DNA of 64,000 nucleotides from Octopus sinensis (GCF_006345805.1 NC_042997.1:29388001-29452000), one strand, 5' to 3'; positions 1 through 11,910 are shown, counted from the first letter of the stretch. Translations and numbers: made by a program. The notes: generated by a model from the sequence alone, not told the origin.

Positions 1-81
1 ACTAAATTTTTATACACGTTAGACCACTGGAAATGTAAATTTTAATTAAATTCCATTTCCCTTTGATATGATTAAATACTA

Positions 82-134
<53 letters not shown>

Positions 135-188
135 TGAAGGCGGTACCCCAGCATGGCTGCAGTCAAATCACTGAAATAAGTAAAAGAG

Positions 189-245
<57 letters not shown>

Positions 246-446
246 ACACATATTGTAGCTTTGTGGGTTTGTGAATTTGTTACTTTAACGTCTTTTAGAC
301 TACCCAGTCTCGTCGAAACTTGACACGTGTGTGGGCGGTGGTATGTGATTTTTGATCGCACCGAAAAGCTGTCGCTGGATATAATCTCCTTTTGCGGCAG
401 TCGGAGCTGTGTCAAACATGACCCACCACCTGAAGTTTTGACACCT

Positions 447-1429
447 TTAGATATATGGTCCTACATCTCTCATAAAGTAAATCTGGAGGAACTGTAGTTG
501 TTCGTTTGTGTGCAACAGGGAACCAATGAGGTGATAGACTTGCCTTTCAACTTTGAACGCTGACATAAATCCATGTTCAACTATCTCCTTAGATGTACCA
601 AACAATGTCTTATGTTTTCTGACATTGTGCAAAAAATCCTTTGATCCAGAAGATCCATAAAAGGCTGAAGAGGAGCTGATAGTGCTGGCAATCTTTCCTT
701 ACCGCTTGAGCAGTGCATGCCATTAGTTTCTTTTGGAAATTTTAAGGATTTTCAGAAATGACAATTTGAGTTTAGTCCGCTGTCTAGTCATTAAAATATT
801 GTTTTAATGAGTCGATATTAAGTGCTAATCTTGGGAGAATGTCTCATCTCCCTTTTGCATTGAAACTCCATCTGACGTGTTCTAGCATGCCTTTGCTGAT
901 CTTGGGAAAGTCTCATCTTCCTTCTGTCTTAAGACTCCATTTGATGTGCTGCAGCATGCGTTTGCTGATCTTTGGAAAGTCTCATCTCCCTTCTACATTG
1001 AAACGCCATCTGACGTGCTGTAGCATGCCTTTGCTGATCTTGAGAATGTATCATCTCACTTTTGCATTGAAACTCCATTTGATGTGCTGCAGTATGCCTT
1101 TGCTGATCTTGAGAAAGTCTCGACTCACTTCTGTCTCGAGACGCCATTTGATGTGCTGCTGCAGCACGCATTTGCTGATCTTGGGAAAATCTTATCTCCC
1201 TTCTGCATTGATACTCTCTCTGACGTGCTGCAGTATGCCTTTGCTGATCTTGGAGAAGCCTCAACTTCCTTCTCTCTTGCGACTCCATTTGATGTGCTGC
1301 TGCATGCATTTGTTGATCTTAGGAAAGTCTAATCTCCTCTCTCTCTTGAGACTCTCGCCTTCGGTTTTCTACAATCCTCTTTCCTTCATCCTTGCTTCTG
1401 GAGAAGTTACGTCTATTCTTTGGTGGCAT
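447..1429 (-). mobile_element. Helitron Rep/helicase ORF, N-terminal remnant (stops and frameshifts)
   Basis: Minus strand reads MPPKNRRNFSRS (ATG at 1429), then an R/Q/E-rich repeat region, then CSSGKERLP (about 700-725) and HNVRKHK...FGTSKEIVEHGFMSAFKVERQVYHLIGSLL...QFLQIYF (447-632). These match the Helitron motifs CCxxGKVxLP and F.PTFKI.GQ.YH.IGSL...FLQIYF, by recall. Confidence 0.8.
841..1350. repeat. 69-bp coding minisatellite (about 7 copies, 23-aa unit) inside the Helitron N-terminus
   Basis: Unit starts at 841, 910, 979, 1048, 1117, 1189 (one 72-bp unit), 1258 and 1327. Minus-strand unit reads about RLSQDQQRHAAAHQMESQ..RRE. Confidence 0.9.
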
Positions 1430-2092
1430 ATTTTTTTCAATTCTGTGAACCACAAATTATGAATACAGTAAACTCTATTATTTTAAGCAGTTGTATGTAA
1501 TATGTCTTTATTTTTCTATGCAGCATAAATCAACCAAATATAATCAACATGACCAAATAGCAGCACGCGTATGAACTGCTAATTTAACGGTAAATTTGCA
1601 ACTGCTTTGATAATTATTAACTAGTAATTGATCGGTAAATGTGTATTTTTATATACCTTGGACCAGCCACCGCATTGTTTTTTGTTAAGAATTTCACCTC
1701 CAGCCGTTCGTTATTTCATTCAACACATATGCAAACAGACCATTTCGCTGTCGTAGTTGCAAAGACGGGAATTTGCCGATGCGTATTGTTGTTCATATTA
1801 GGATAAACTTAGAATTAAAAGTGAAAGCCTAATAGTGAAACAATATTATAGTCTTATAACATTAGAATTAAAAGTGAAAGAATAAAAGTGAAAGACTATT
1901 ATATCGCATTACAATGTAGATGTTATTCTTTCAGTTTTGACATGTAATACTGAACCAGTTCTAATGTTGTATTGTTTTAATCGAAATAAAAAAAAAATTC
2001 ATGTTGACACTCACGGGGTCTGATACTATTACCATGTTAAATTTGATTCGATTTGGTTGAGTCGTTTGAGAATATATATATATATATATATA

Positions 2093-2146
<54 letters not shown>

Positions 2147-3533
2147 TTTATAAAAGCAGTCGGAGATCCAGCTTGGCCGCCGCCAAATGACTGAAACAAG
2201 TAAAAGCATAAAAGAACATTATATGATGTCGTTTTGGTCCAGTCAGAAAGTTACAATGTTTTCGTGACTTCTATTGCTCTTAGCAATACAGGTGCCCCTT
2301 TATACCTGCTGACCGGAGATCCGAAACTACAGACATGTGGTTGGAATGTCTCGAGGAAGAACTGTTGGAGTGGTTTTACGGGCAAAACAATCGGACAGGA
2401 CCCAAGGTTAGACCAAGAACAATATGTTAGGATAATATCCATAGCGCTCCGTTGGTCTCGTTTGGGGATTCATTGCCTCGGCCAGGAGCTGATGGAAAGC
2501 TTGGCTGTGGAATGTACCCCCACGACACAATTACGATTAAATAGGTAAAGAAAATGAGATGAGTTATAAATGGGTTAATGTCATTCTGTAGTGCGGTAAA
2601 TAGGTTAACGTTGGGAGGTAAAGACAATAACCCCCTTTGGGGTTTTCAGATAGAATACAGATGAAATATAACTTTGTCCATCTCATGTAGTATTATTTCG
2701 GGATAATATGCACATATTGCATCAGTTTTAATATTTTAGCTACAATATTTAAGCTTAGACAATGAAACATTGACATACAACGTATTATATATATGTGTGA
2801 AAACGTTGGATTCAAATGGCTTAATCATTGACACAATGCATAGGGATGACTGCATATCGCGATCACATACTAGTTCATATGTTTACCCACGATTCTAAAA
2901 TAAATCTATTAATACCTACAAATCATGTTTTGTTACAAAACCAGAAATTTCGAGTGTTGGTATAAGTAAATTACACGTCACTCAGAATAATTAAATAGTA
3001 CTTATAACCGACCCTAAAATGATGAGCGTCGAATCAATGATTCTTCCAGTATGTGGCCCTGACACCCACATATATTATTACTAACTCTGCATTCATGAAT
3101 AATTATGCTTCTACTCTTTTTACTTGTACATTCAGCACCATAAACGCATTAACTCTCCAAGAATATTAAATGGTAATTAATTTACGTTTCAGAATTTTAG
3201 ATTTAATTTCAATATATTTGTTTCAAAATTCAGGTTATGACTTCACTGCAATTAGATTATATATTAAAGGAAAATGTATAAATTTTTCTCCACGCGTTTA
3301 TTCATAATTGCTCCATATTTATTGAATTTTCTACTTAAGGAGTTTTGAGTCTGCATAGAATTAAGTTGTCTTATTTTCCAATGAAAATCGAATAGACTAA
3401 TCTAATAAATATCTCAAACATATGTCAAAACCAATTAGGTTAGCCACACGCCAACTCAAATTGTAATTCCTACGTCTTTTTCTGTCTAGTTCAATCTTAA
3501 TTTAACATTATTATTATTATTATTATTATTATT

Positions 3534-3715
3534 GAAGGCGGCAAGCAGAATCGTTACAGCGAAGGACGAAATGTTTTGCGTTATTTCGCCCGTCGCTACG
3601 TTCTGCGTACAAATTCCACCTAGGTCAACTTTACCTTTCATCATTTCAGAGTCGATAAAATAAGTACCAGTTCAACACTGTGGTCGATGTATTCGACTGA
3701 TTCCTTTCCCCAACA
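3534..3715 (+). mobile_element. Degenerate tRNA-derived SINE (family B, AAGGCGGCGAGCTGGCAGAA-type head)
   Basis: Similar to the better-preserved copy at 23228-23455 (cagaatcgtta...caaattcc...gtcgataaaataagtaccagtt). Confidence 0.65.
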
Positions 3716-3789
3716 GAGTGCTCTTATGACAAAATTTGAAACAATTATTATTACTATTACCATTGCTTTTGCACAGCTTCTAACGTTCG

Positions 3790-5105
3790 AGATGCACAAC
3801 ACTTTTAGCTATTCACTACCACTGAACTAAGGTAACGCCTCTTATTTTTCGAGCATCTTCCGGAGTATTCGAGTAGTACCACGCTGTGCTGCTTTTTCCA
3901 AGTGCTCCACCCTTAATGCAGCCTCTATTTGTTCCACGTACTTCTCGAGATTTTTGCTCACTCTTCCCAGGGCTCCAACAATTATTGATACTACAGCTAC
4001 CTTTTTCATCGACCATATTTGATTAACCTCCCAAGCTAACCGGTCATATCTCTCTACTTTTCTTTCTTCCTTATTGCATACCTTGTTGTCATCTGGGCAT
4101 GCTATATCTATCATCCAGCATAGTTTGTTTTATTTCTCAATTAAGACTATGTCCGGCTTCCTATTCTCTATCTCAAGGTTGCACTGGATCATAAAATCTC
4201 ATAGGATTTCTATTTTAGACTTGAGCTTTGTGGTCGTACCAATTTGTTTTCCTCTGTGAAGGCCATACTTGTTGCAGAGTGAGCAATGGACAAACCTGGC
4301 TATATTGTCGTAGTGTCTCTTAGATTCCTTCTGAGCTAGTCTTGTACATTGGCTAATAATATGCCATACAGTTTCACCCATATTCTGTATTTATCACTTT
4401 CTGCTCTGTTGTCTATTTTATTATTATTATTGGTGGTGATGTTGTTGTTGTTGTTGTTATCATTGAATGCGACGAGCAGAATCGTTACTATGTCCGGCTT
4501 CCTATTCTCAATCTCAAGTTTGCACTGGATCATAAAATCTCATGAGGTTTTTTCATTTCTATTTTCGACGATGCCTTCAGGTCTGTGATTTATACAAACC
4601 TTTTTCTATTTTGTATTTTCGATGATGCTTTTATGGTCTTGCCAATTTTTTGCTCTGTAAATTCCATACTTGATGCAAAGTGTCAATAGGCAAGCCTGCC
4701 TATATTGTGGTGGCGTCTCTTATATTCCTTGTGGGCTAGTGGCATATATTCTTCTGCTCTAATGCTGTGTTCGCATCCTATAAGTCCTCTTCCCTCTCTT
4801 TTTCTTGGTACATACAGTCTGTCTGTGTCACTTTTTGGGTGGAGTGACCCATATTTAGTTAGCAAGTTCTCTGTCTTTCTGTCTAAGCTGTTAAGTTCGT
4901 CTACTGTCCATGCGATTACTCCTGCTCCGTATCTGAGGAGTGAAAACGCCCAGGAGTTGATAGCTTCCATCTTATTCCGTCCGTTTAATTTCGACTTAAT
5001 GATCAGTCTCAGTCTGCACAAGTACTCCAACTTAAATTTCTCTGTAAATTTTTCTCCAAAATACCCAAGGTCTTATAGCCCGTCTCGTATATCTGCTTCA
5101 TAACC
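3790..5105 (-). mobile_element. R4/Dong-like non-LTR retrotransposon with restriction-like endonuclease, fragmented 3' part
   Basis: Post-RT segment IIKSKLNGRNKMEAINSWAFSLLRYGAG...DRLYVPRKREGRGLIG (4683-5030), CCHC knuckle ETVWHIISQC (4199-4381), RLE motifs NRKPDIV and IDIACP-D and IVGALG (3842-4200). Confidence 0.85.
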
Positions 5106-5394
5106 CCACCCCGACAGAATCGTTAGCCATTTCATACATTTGATTTTGCCTCTCTTCAAGACTAAAACACCACACGCATACAATAATTCCCACGGAGAGC
5201 TATCATAAATTCCTCTGTTACAAAAATAAAAGAAGTGGGGAATTGACAATGGAGAACGGCTGACGTATAAACTGTTTTGGCATACAAATCCAAATACAAT
5301 AATCTCTCGCCATAACGCGGTTTACCTATCGTGGCTTATTATTTAAACTTACGTCGATTCCTCTGTGGTGTTGTTTCGCCTTTGATAATGATGA

Positions 5395-5468
5395 TAATGA
5401 TGATGATGATGATGATGATAAAAAGAAGAAGAAGCAGAAGAAGAAGAAGAAGAAGAAGAAGAAGAAGG
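5395..5468. repeat. (ATG)n/(AGA)n compound trinucleotide microsatellite
   Basis: Read directly from the sequence. Confidence 0.95.
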
Positions 5469-5702
5469 ATGTGGGTAGAAAATAACACCCGCTATACACG
5501 AGGATTTACTGTCTGTTGTTTTGGAATCATGAATTAAATCTGAAAATTTCTCCTAATATTTTTCAAATTGCATCAGAAAGCACACACACACATCCATACT
5601 CACATAGAAAAACACGCATACATATATATATATAGGATACAAAAATCATGTACAGTTATGTTCCCTCCGAGATGTTATTTCAGAATGCCATGACAAAATT
5701 TT

Positions 5703-6062
5703 AACAAATTGCTTGAAACATATGAAATATTAACATTTAGACAGAAACATTTACGAATTACTCCACTTTATAAGTACAGATCATAACGACAATACTTTGG
5801 CACTGGTTGTGACAGCTCTGAAAATTGTCTATAAACTGAGGCTTTTTCTCCCTAGCTGCTGACATTAGTAACGTTGTCAATCATTGGTAATGCGACAATC
5901 AGCATCTCTTGGAAATGAAATGTCAAGTTCCAAAATAAAATGTTCATTAAAATTAGATAGTACAAACAACGCCATGATCTTCTAGTATGCCTGCTTTTAT
6001 GTGTAAGTGTGTATATGTGTGTAAGTATGCATATGCATATGTATGTGTTTATATGTATGTAT
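5703..6062 (+). repeat. Left copy of a 360-bp direct duplication flanking the GC-rich insert
   Basis: Matches 9977-10336 at offset 4274. I found one mismatch (5709 t vs 9983 g). Confidence 0.95.
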
Positions 6063-7295
6063 ATTGCGGGTCGATTCGAAGTGGGGGCCGGTTCCGGGCG
6101 GAAGAGGGAAGAGGAGAAGGCGAAGAAGGCCAGCGACTAGGTCGGCAGACGAGAGGGGCAGCGGCGATTGGCGCGGGCCCGCTGCAGCTTTTAGACTCGC
6201 CCGGCGCCCTACGCGTCGGTGGTCGTCGTCGTCGCTTCCTCCACCCGATCCTTTCGAAACGGCTGCGACGAACTGCGTCCGGACTGCGGTCAACGAGCGA
6301 GTGCCATGACGGTGGTCGCCACGAAAACGACGCGCGCCAAGGCGGGGTGATGCCGGGAAGGGAAAGAAAAAGCTGCAGAAACGCTACGAGGCAGCGAAAC
6401 CCGGAGTTGAAGCCACGGTTCCGTCCAGGGAAGAAGGGACGGACACGGCACCGCTCTCTTTCGGAGACGCTGCGTCGCCTGTGGCGGAACGGGAAGCGAC
6501 GGCTAGCCCGTCCGCCGCGCCGGCGGCGACGCGACACGAGGTCAGCGGCGTAACCTGACCGGGTCCTCCGCGGCGAAGACGAGGCCGGGGGTCGGAAGGA
6601 AGAAAAGAAAAAAAGAAAGCGCGGTAACGAGAAGCGGTTCGATTGCGGGAGGACGAACCGGCGAGCGTGAAGAGGCGGGCAGACGCGGGCGTCGAGGAAG
6701 CGCGTCTAAAAGGCGGGCGGTGTGGCGGCGGCGGCAGACATTCGAGGACGCGCCAGCCGTGTAGAGTCGACCTTGCACCGGCAATAAGGGAGCCAACCGT
6801 TGGCAGAAAGGAGCGCCGACAACATCCCTTCCAGGCGGTCCACCTATGTCGTTCGGCCGCGACCCTACGTAAATAGCGCTTGTGCGGCGGTTGCCGGCGG
6901 GCGAGCGAAGGAAGGAAGGCGGGCGAGCGGGCAGGCAAACGCGTGCGTCGAAAGGGTCGGGCGAACGCAGCGGCGTCTGAAAGGCGGGCGAAGGCGTGCG
7001 TCGAAAGATGCGGGTAGAACGCAGCGTCTAATAGGCGGGCGTGAAGAAGCGGACGTCCAGAGGCGGGCGAAGGCGGACGAAGGCGAGCTTCAAAAGGCGG
7101 GCGAAGGCGGGCAAACGCGGGCGTCAACGGGCGGGCGAACGCAGCGTCTCAAAGGCGGGCGGTTCGGCGGCGGAAATTCGAGGACGCGCCGGCCGTGTAG
7201 AATCGATCTTGCACCGGCAAACGGGGAGCTAACCGTCATCAGAAAAGGAGCTACGAGGACATACTTCCGAGACGCTAACCTATGCCGATCAACCA

Positions 7296-7510
7296 CAACC
7301 CTACATATTAGTCTGGACCCCCTTGGGGTGCGACGGTCACCTAGAGGCGTGACTATCCAGCCAGGGCCGATCCGTTTGCTTACGGTCCGAGCACCTCCTT
7401 GCTCACGGGTCGGACCACGTCGCTGTTTTTACCTGGTGCATATCGCCACGCACCCCCGGCGACTGACGGCATCGATCGCGCCTACGTCCACGTGTACGTG
7501 GGCGAGAGCG
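7296..7510 (-). promoter_or_regulatory. Putative Pol I promoter-like block, copy 1 (candidate gene promoter)
   Basis: Conserved block. The minus strand leaves it as GACTAATATGTAGGG into the unique GC-rich segment, loosely like the TATA-TAGGG rDNA start motifs of plants and invertebrates. Confidence 0.35.
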
Positions 7511-8544
7511 CGAGTTTCGCTCAAGTCCCAATCGAGCCTCGCGGTAGCGCGGCGGAACTGCGGGCGAAGGCGGTAGAAAGCGGGCGAATGCCCGCCGCAA
7601 TCGGCCGTTGCCTGCACCGGCCTCACTTTGTCATCTTTCGGGAATTTACGGGACGGACCGCGTCGAACGCCCGCACGTCGCGACGTCGGTCGCGGCAACG
7701 TCCACGCGTACGCGGGCGAGACCGCACGCTCAAGTTCGTGCTTTCGATTTCACGCACGGTAGGGCGGCGGCGGAGACGCGGGCGACCGGCGCACGCCTTC
7801 CGCCGCTACCTCGTGCTAGCCGCAGTTTGTCATCTTTCGGGATTTTACGGGACGGACCACGTACTCCTATCGAGCGCCGGTATCTCGTGAACGCCTTCCG
7901 GCACCGGTGGCGGCTACGTCCACGCGTACTGGGGTCGCACCGCGAGCTTAGGTTCGCTCTTTCGATTTCGGGCACGTCTGGGCGGCGGAGCAACGGGCGA
8001 CCGTGCTAGCCGCAGTTTGCCATCTTTCGTGTTTTCACGGGACGCACCACGTCGCCGTATCGACGGCGTGCATCTCGCGAACGCCTTCCGGCATCGGTCG
8101 CGGCTACGTCCACGCGTACGTGGGCGAGACCGCACGCTCAAGTTCGTTCTTTTGATTTCGGGCACGCTAGGGCGGCGGAGCAACGGGCGACCGTGCTAGC
8201 CGCAGTTTGCCATCTTTCGGGTTTTTACGGGACGGACCGCGTCGCCGTATCGACGGCGTGCATCTCGTGAACGCCCTTCCAACATCGGTGGCGGCTACGT
8301 CCACGCGTCCGTGGGCCGAACCGCGAGCGTGGGTTCGTTCTTTCGGTTTCGGGCACGGTAGCGCGGTGGAGGAACGGGCGACCGGCGCGGGCCTGCCGCT
8401 AACGGCCCCGCGGCTCGCGGACGAACGGGAGAAAGCGAGGCGGCGCGAAGGCGGCGGCCACCCGCCGGGCTGACGGCGTCGCAGGCTGACGTCTCTGGCG
8501 TCCTGCCGAACGGTCCCCGAGACATGAAACCTGCCGACTGCAAG

Positions 8545-8757
8545 CCCTCAATATAGTCTTGACCCCCTTGGGGTGCGACGGTCACCTAGAGGCATGACTA
8601 TCCAGCCGGGGCCGATCCGTTTGCTTACGGTCCGAGCACCTCCTTAACTCACGGGTCGGACCACGTCGCTGTTTTTACCCGGTGCATATCGCCACGCACT
8701 CCCGGCGACTGACGGCATCGATCCCGCCTACGTCCACGTGTACGTGGGCGAGAGCGC
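8545..8757 (-). promoter_or_regulatory. Putative spacer-promoter-like block, copy 2
   Basis: Near-identical to copies 1 and 3. The minus strand leaves it as GACTATATTGAGGG, followed by about 100 bp shared only with copy 3. Confidence 0.35.
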
Positions 8758-9391
8758 CAGCTTCGCTCAAGCTGCGCTTCGGCCTCGCGGTAGCGCGGCG
8801 GAGGCGCGGGCGAAGGCGCGGGCGAAGGCCCGCCGCTACCGGCTCCGGCCGCAGTTTGTCATCTTTCGGGAATTTACGAGACGGACCACGTCGCCGTATC
8901 GAACGCCCGTACCTCGCAACATCGGTCGCGGCTAGGTCCACGCGTACGTGGCCGACACCGCCCGCTTAGTTTCGTGCTTTCGATTCCACGCACGGTTCGG
9001 CGGCGGAGACGCGGGCGACCGGCGCAGGCCTTGCGCAGGCCTGCCGCTACATCGCGCTAGCCGCAGTTTGTCATCTTTCGGGATTTTACGAGACGGACCG
9101 CGTCGCCGTATCGAGCGCGTGCATCTCGTGAACGCCTTCCGGCATCGCTGGCGGCTACGTCCACGCGTCCGTGGGCCGCACCGCGGGCTTGGGTTCGTTC
9201 TTTCGATTTCGGGCACGGTAGCGCGGCGGAGCAACGGGCGACAGGCGCAGGCCTGCCGCTAACGGCCCCTCGAGGCGTGGAGGAACGGGAGAAAGCGAGG
9301 CGGCGGCCCCCGCCGGGCTGACGGCGTCGTAGGCTGACGTCTCTGGCATCCTGCCGAACGCTCCCCGAGGCATGAAACCTGCCGACTGCAA

Positions 9392-9604
9392 GCCCTCAAT
9401 ATAGTCTTGACCCCCTTGGGGTGCGACGGTCACCTAGAGGCGTGACTATCCAGCCGCGGCCGATCCGTTTGCTTACGGTCCGAGCACCTCCGTAACTCAC
9501 GGGTCGGACCACGTCGCTGTTTTTGCCCGGTGCATATCGCCACGCACTCCCGGCGACTGACGGCATCGATCGCGCCTACGTCCACGTGTACGTGGGCGAG
9601 AGCG
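9392..9604 (-). promoter_or_regulatory. Putative spacer-promoter-like block, copy 3
   Basis: Same features as copy 2, at offset 848 bp. Confidence 0.35.
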
Positions 9605-9976
9605 CAGGTTTCGCTCGAGCGCCCCGCTTGAACCTCGCGGTCGCGCGGCGGAACTGCGGACGAAGGCGGTAGAAGGCGGGCGCATGGCCGCCGCTATCGG
9701 CCGTTACCTGCACCGGCCGCAGTTTGTCATCTTTCGGGAATTTACGGGACGGACCGCGTCGCCGCATCGAACGCCCGCACCTCGCGACATCGGTCGCGGC
9801 TACGTCCACGCCTACGTGGGCGAGACCGCACGCTCAAGTTCGTTCTTTCGATTTCGGGCACGTTAGGGCGGCGGAGCAACGGGCGACCGTGCTAGCCGCA
9901 GTTTGCCATCTTTCGGGTTTTTACGGGACGGACCGCGTCGCCGTATCGACGGCGTGCATCTCGTAAACGCCCTTCC

Positions 9977-10336
9977 AACAAAGTGCTTGAAACATATGAA
10001 ATATTAACATTTAGACAGAAACATTTACGAATTACTCCACTTTATAAGTACAGATCATAACGACAATACTTTGGCACTGGTTGTGACAGCTCTGAAAATT
10101 GTCTATAAACTGAGGCTTTTTCTCCCTAGCTGCTGACATTAGTAACGTTGTCAATCATTGGTAATGCGACAATCAGCATCTCTTGGAAATGAAATGTCAA
10201 GTTCCAAAATAAAATGTTCATTAAAATTAGATAGTACAAACAACGCCATGATCTTCTAGTATGCCTGCTTTTATGTGTAAGTGTGTATATGTGTGTAAGT
10301 ATGCATATGCATATGTATGTGTTTATATGTATGTAT
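9977..10336 (+). repeat. Right copy of the 360-bp direct duplication
   Basis: Matches 5703-6062. AACA (9977-9980) is shared with the insert subrepeat sequence CCCTTCCAACA. Confidence 0.95.
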
Positions 10337-10338
10337 GT

Positions 10339-10399
<61 letters not shown>

Positions 10400-10570
10400 A
10401 TATAATATATGTATATATATATATATTATATATATATACATACATAAACAGGGAGACGACCGACATACAGACACGCAGAGAAACAAACAAATACACACCA
10501 ACAAAGAGAAACAGACGGCGGGGTGTACGGACGGACGGATGGATAAATGTATGGATAGATGGATGGATGT

Positions 10571-10655
<85 letters not shown>

Positions 10656-10668
10656 AAGATAGATAGAT
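10571..10668. repeat. (GATA)n tetranucleotide microsatellite
   Basis: Read directly from the sequence. Confidence 0.95.
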
Positions 10669-11488
10669 ATGGTTATGTGGATGGTGGAATGCTTTTGTGG
10701 CAATTTGTGTGTATGTGAAATCTTATATGTTTCAAAGTTCGTTACTATGGAAACAACGTACTTGTTCATTTATACGAATATCTCAAACTTTACATTCTCA
10801 ATTTATGGAAATACTGAATCAATATTTCTACTTTTGGAAACGACAGCTCGACCAATGATAACTAATAACCTCTTCCTTAATTTCACGAGTTGCAAATCAA
10901 TGGGATATTTCGTTCTCCAAATATCACAACTTGACACTCCCTGTATAATGTTTGGTCGGAAAAATCAAATATTATGCCAGTGAGTATCATTATTTTAAAT
11001 AGCACAGAATGTTGCTTTGAACTATTTGTATTATCGAATACGTCATCGGATACCAAACTCTGCGTTAACCGAAACAGTATGTAGTTCTAATTTTGATATG
11101 ATTCAGAAACAGTGAAAGCATGAAATGCAAATATATTCTATAAAAAGGAGAATGTGGGGGCAACGAAATGTTTCTTCGTAAGATTATTTATTGTCTGGGA
11201 AAAGAAAAAAAAAGAAATATTTCCGATCTGGTATTCAACCATAACAAAAGATACAAATGAATATCCTTGAATTGACCAGACATCTATTCCAATGATTTCA
11301 GTAAGGAGAACTGTCTCACGTGTATAGTTTATCTCAAAAATGGGATAATTCTATACGCTCTCTGTAGTAAATTCCAACATATCACAAGAATATCAATAGA
11401 CATTACGTAAAAACAGTTTCTCATAAATATTTATAGATGCATGTGTATACATATGAAAACAGAAAACACACACACACATAAAAATATA

Positions 11489-11529
<41 letters not shown>

Positions 11530-11549
11530 TCTCTTATTCTTTCATACTT

Positions 11550-11910
11550 TCACACGATTCTGTCATTTGAATGCGGCCATGCTGGACCACCGCCTCGAAA
11601 GGTTTTCGTCGAACAAATCCACTCCAGGACTAATCTTTTATAAGCCTAGTACTTATTTTACCGGTTGTCAAAGAGGTGATGAGGCTACAAACACAGACAC
11701 GAAAACACACACACAACACGCACCCACACACGCAAACACACACATATAAATCTATACGAAGGGGGATTCTTTCAGTTTCCGTCTATCCAATCTACTCACA
11801 AGACTTCGGTCTCCCTTAGGCTATAGCAGAACACACTTGCGCATGATGCCGGGCAGTGAGAGAGAAGCTAGAACAATGTGGTTGGGAAGCAAGCTTCTTA
11901 CCATACAGTC
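11550..11910 (-). mobile_element. Degenerate tRNA-derived SINE (family A)
   Basis: Same modules as 21058-21462: catgctgga tail, ctttcagtttccgtcta, and a gtggttgggaagcaagctt head. Confidence 0.75.

Larger units (their letters stand above)
6063..9980 (-). other. GC/CpG-rich insert with rDNA-IGS/5'ETS-like architecture (putative orphan rDNA spacer fragment)
   Basis: Abrupt composition switch from the AT-rich host. Three copies of a ~190-bp block (7316, 8561, 9409), eight ~180-210-bp subrepeats (CATCTTTCG at 7632, 7831, 8021, 8211, 8860, 9072, 9728, 9907), and a mostly unique GC-rich segment at 6063-7300. No 18S or 28S sequence recognised. The rDNA identity is inferred. Confidence 0.55.

Noticed and set aside
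2234-2548. ORF with CGWNV resembling an APE endonuclease start
   Set aside because: Only one weak motif. The downstream catalytic residues are not recognisable.
5987-9966. Dozens of overlapping Arg/Ala/Pro-rich ORFs (up to 258 aa) on both strands
   Set aside because: Expected from very high GC (few stop codons) and subrepeats. No recognisable domain, and all frames are open alike.
6063-9980. 18S, 5.8S or 28S rRNA genes within the GC-rich insert
   Set aside because: I found no conserved rRNA landmarks (for example TACCTGGTTGATCCTGCC or the 28S 3' end) on either strand, so no rRNA feature was called.
10271-10769. YIYIY/HTHT/IYLS-rich ORFs here and throughout the window
   Set aside because: Translations of (AT)n, (CA)n and (GATA)n microsatellites.
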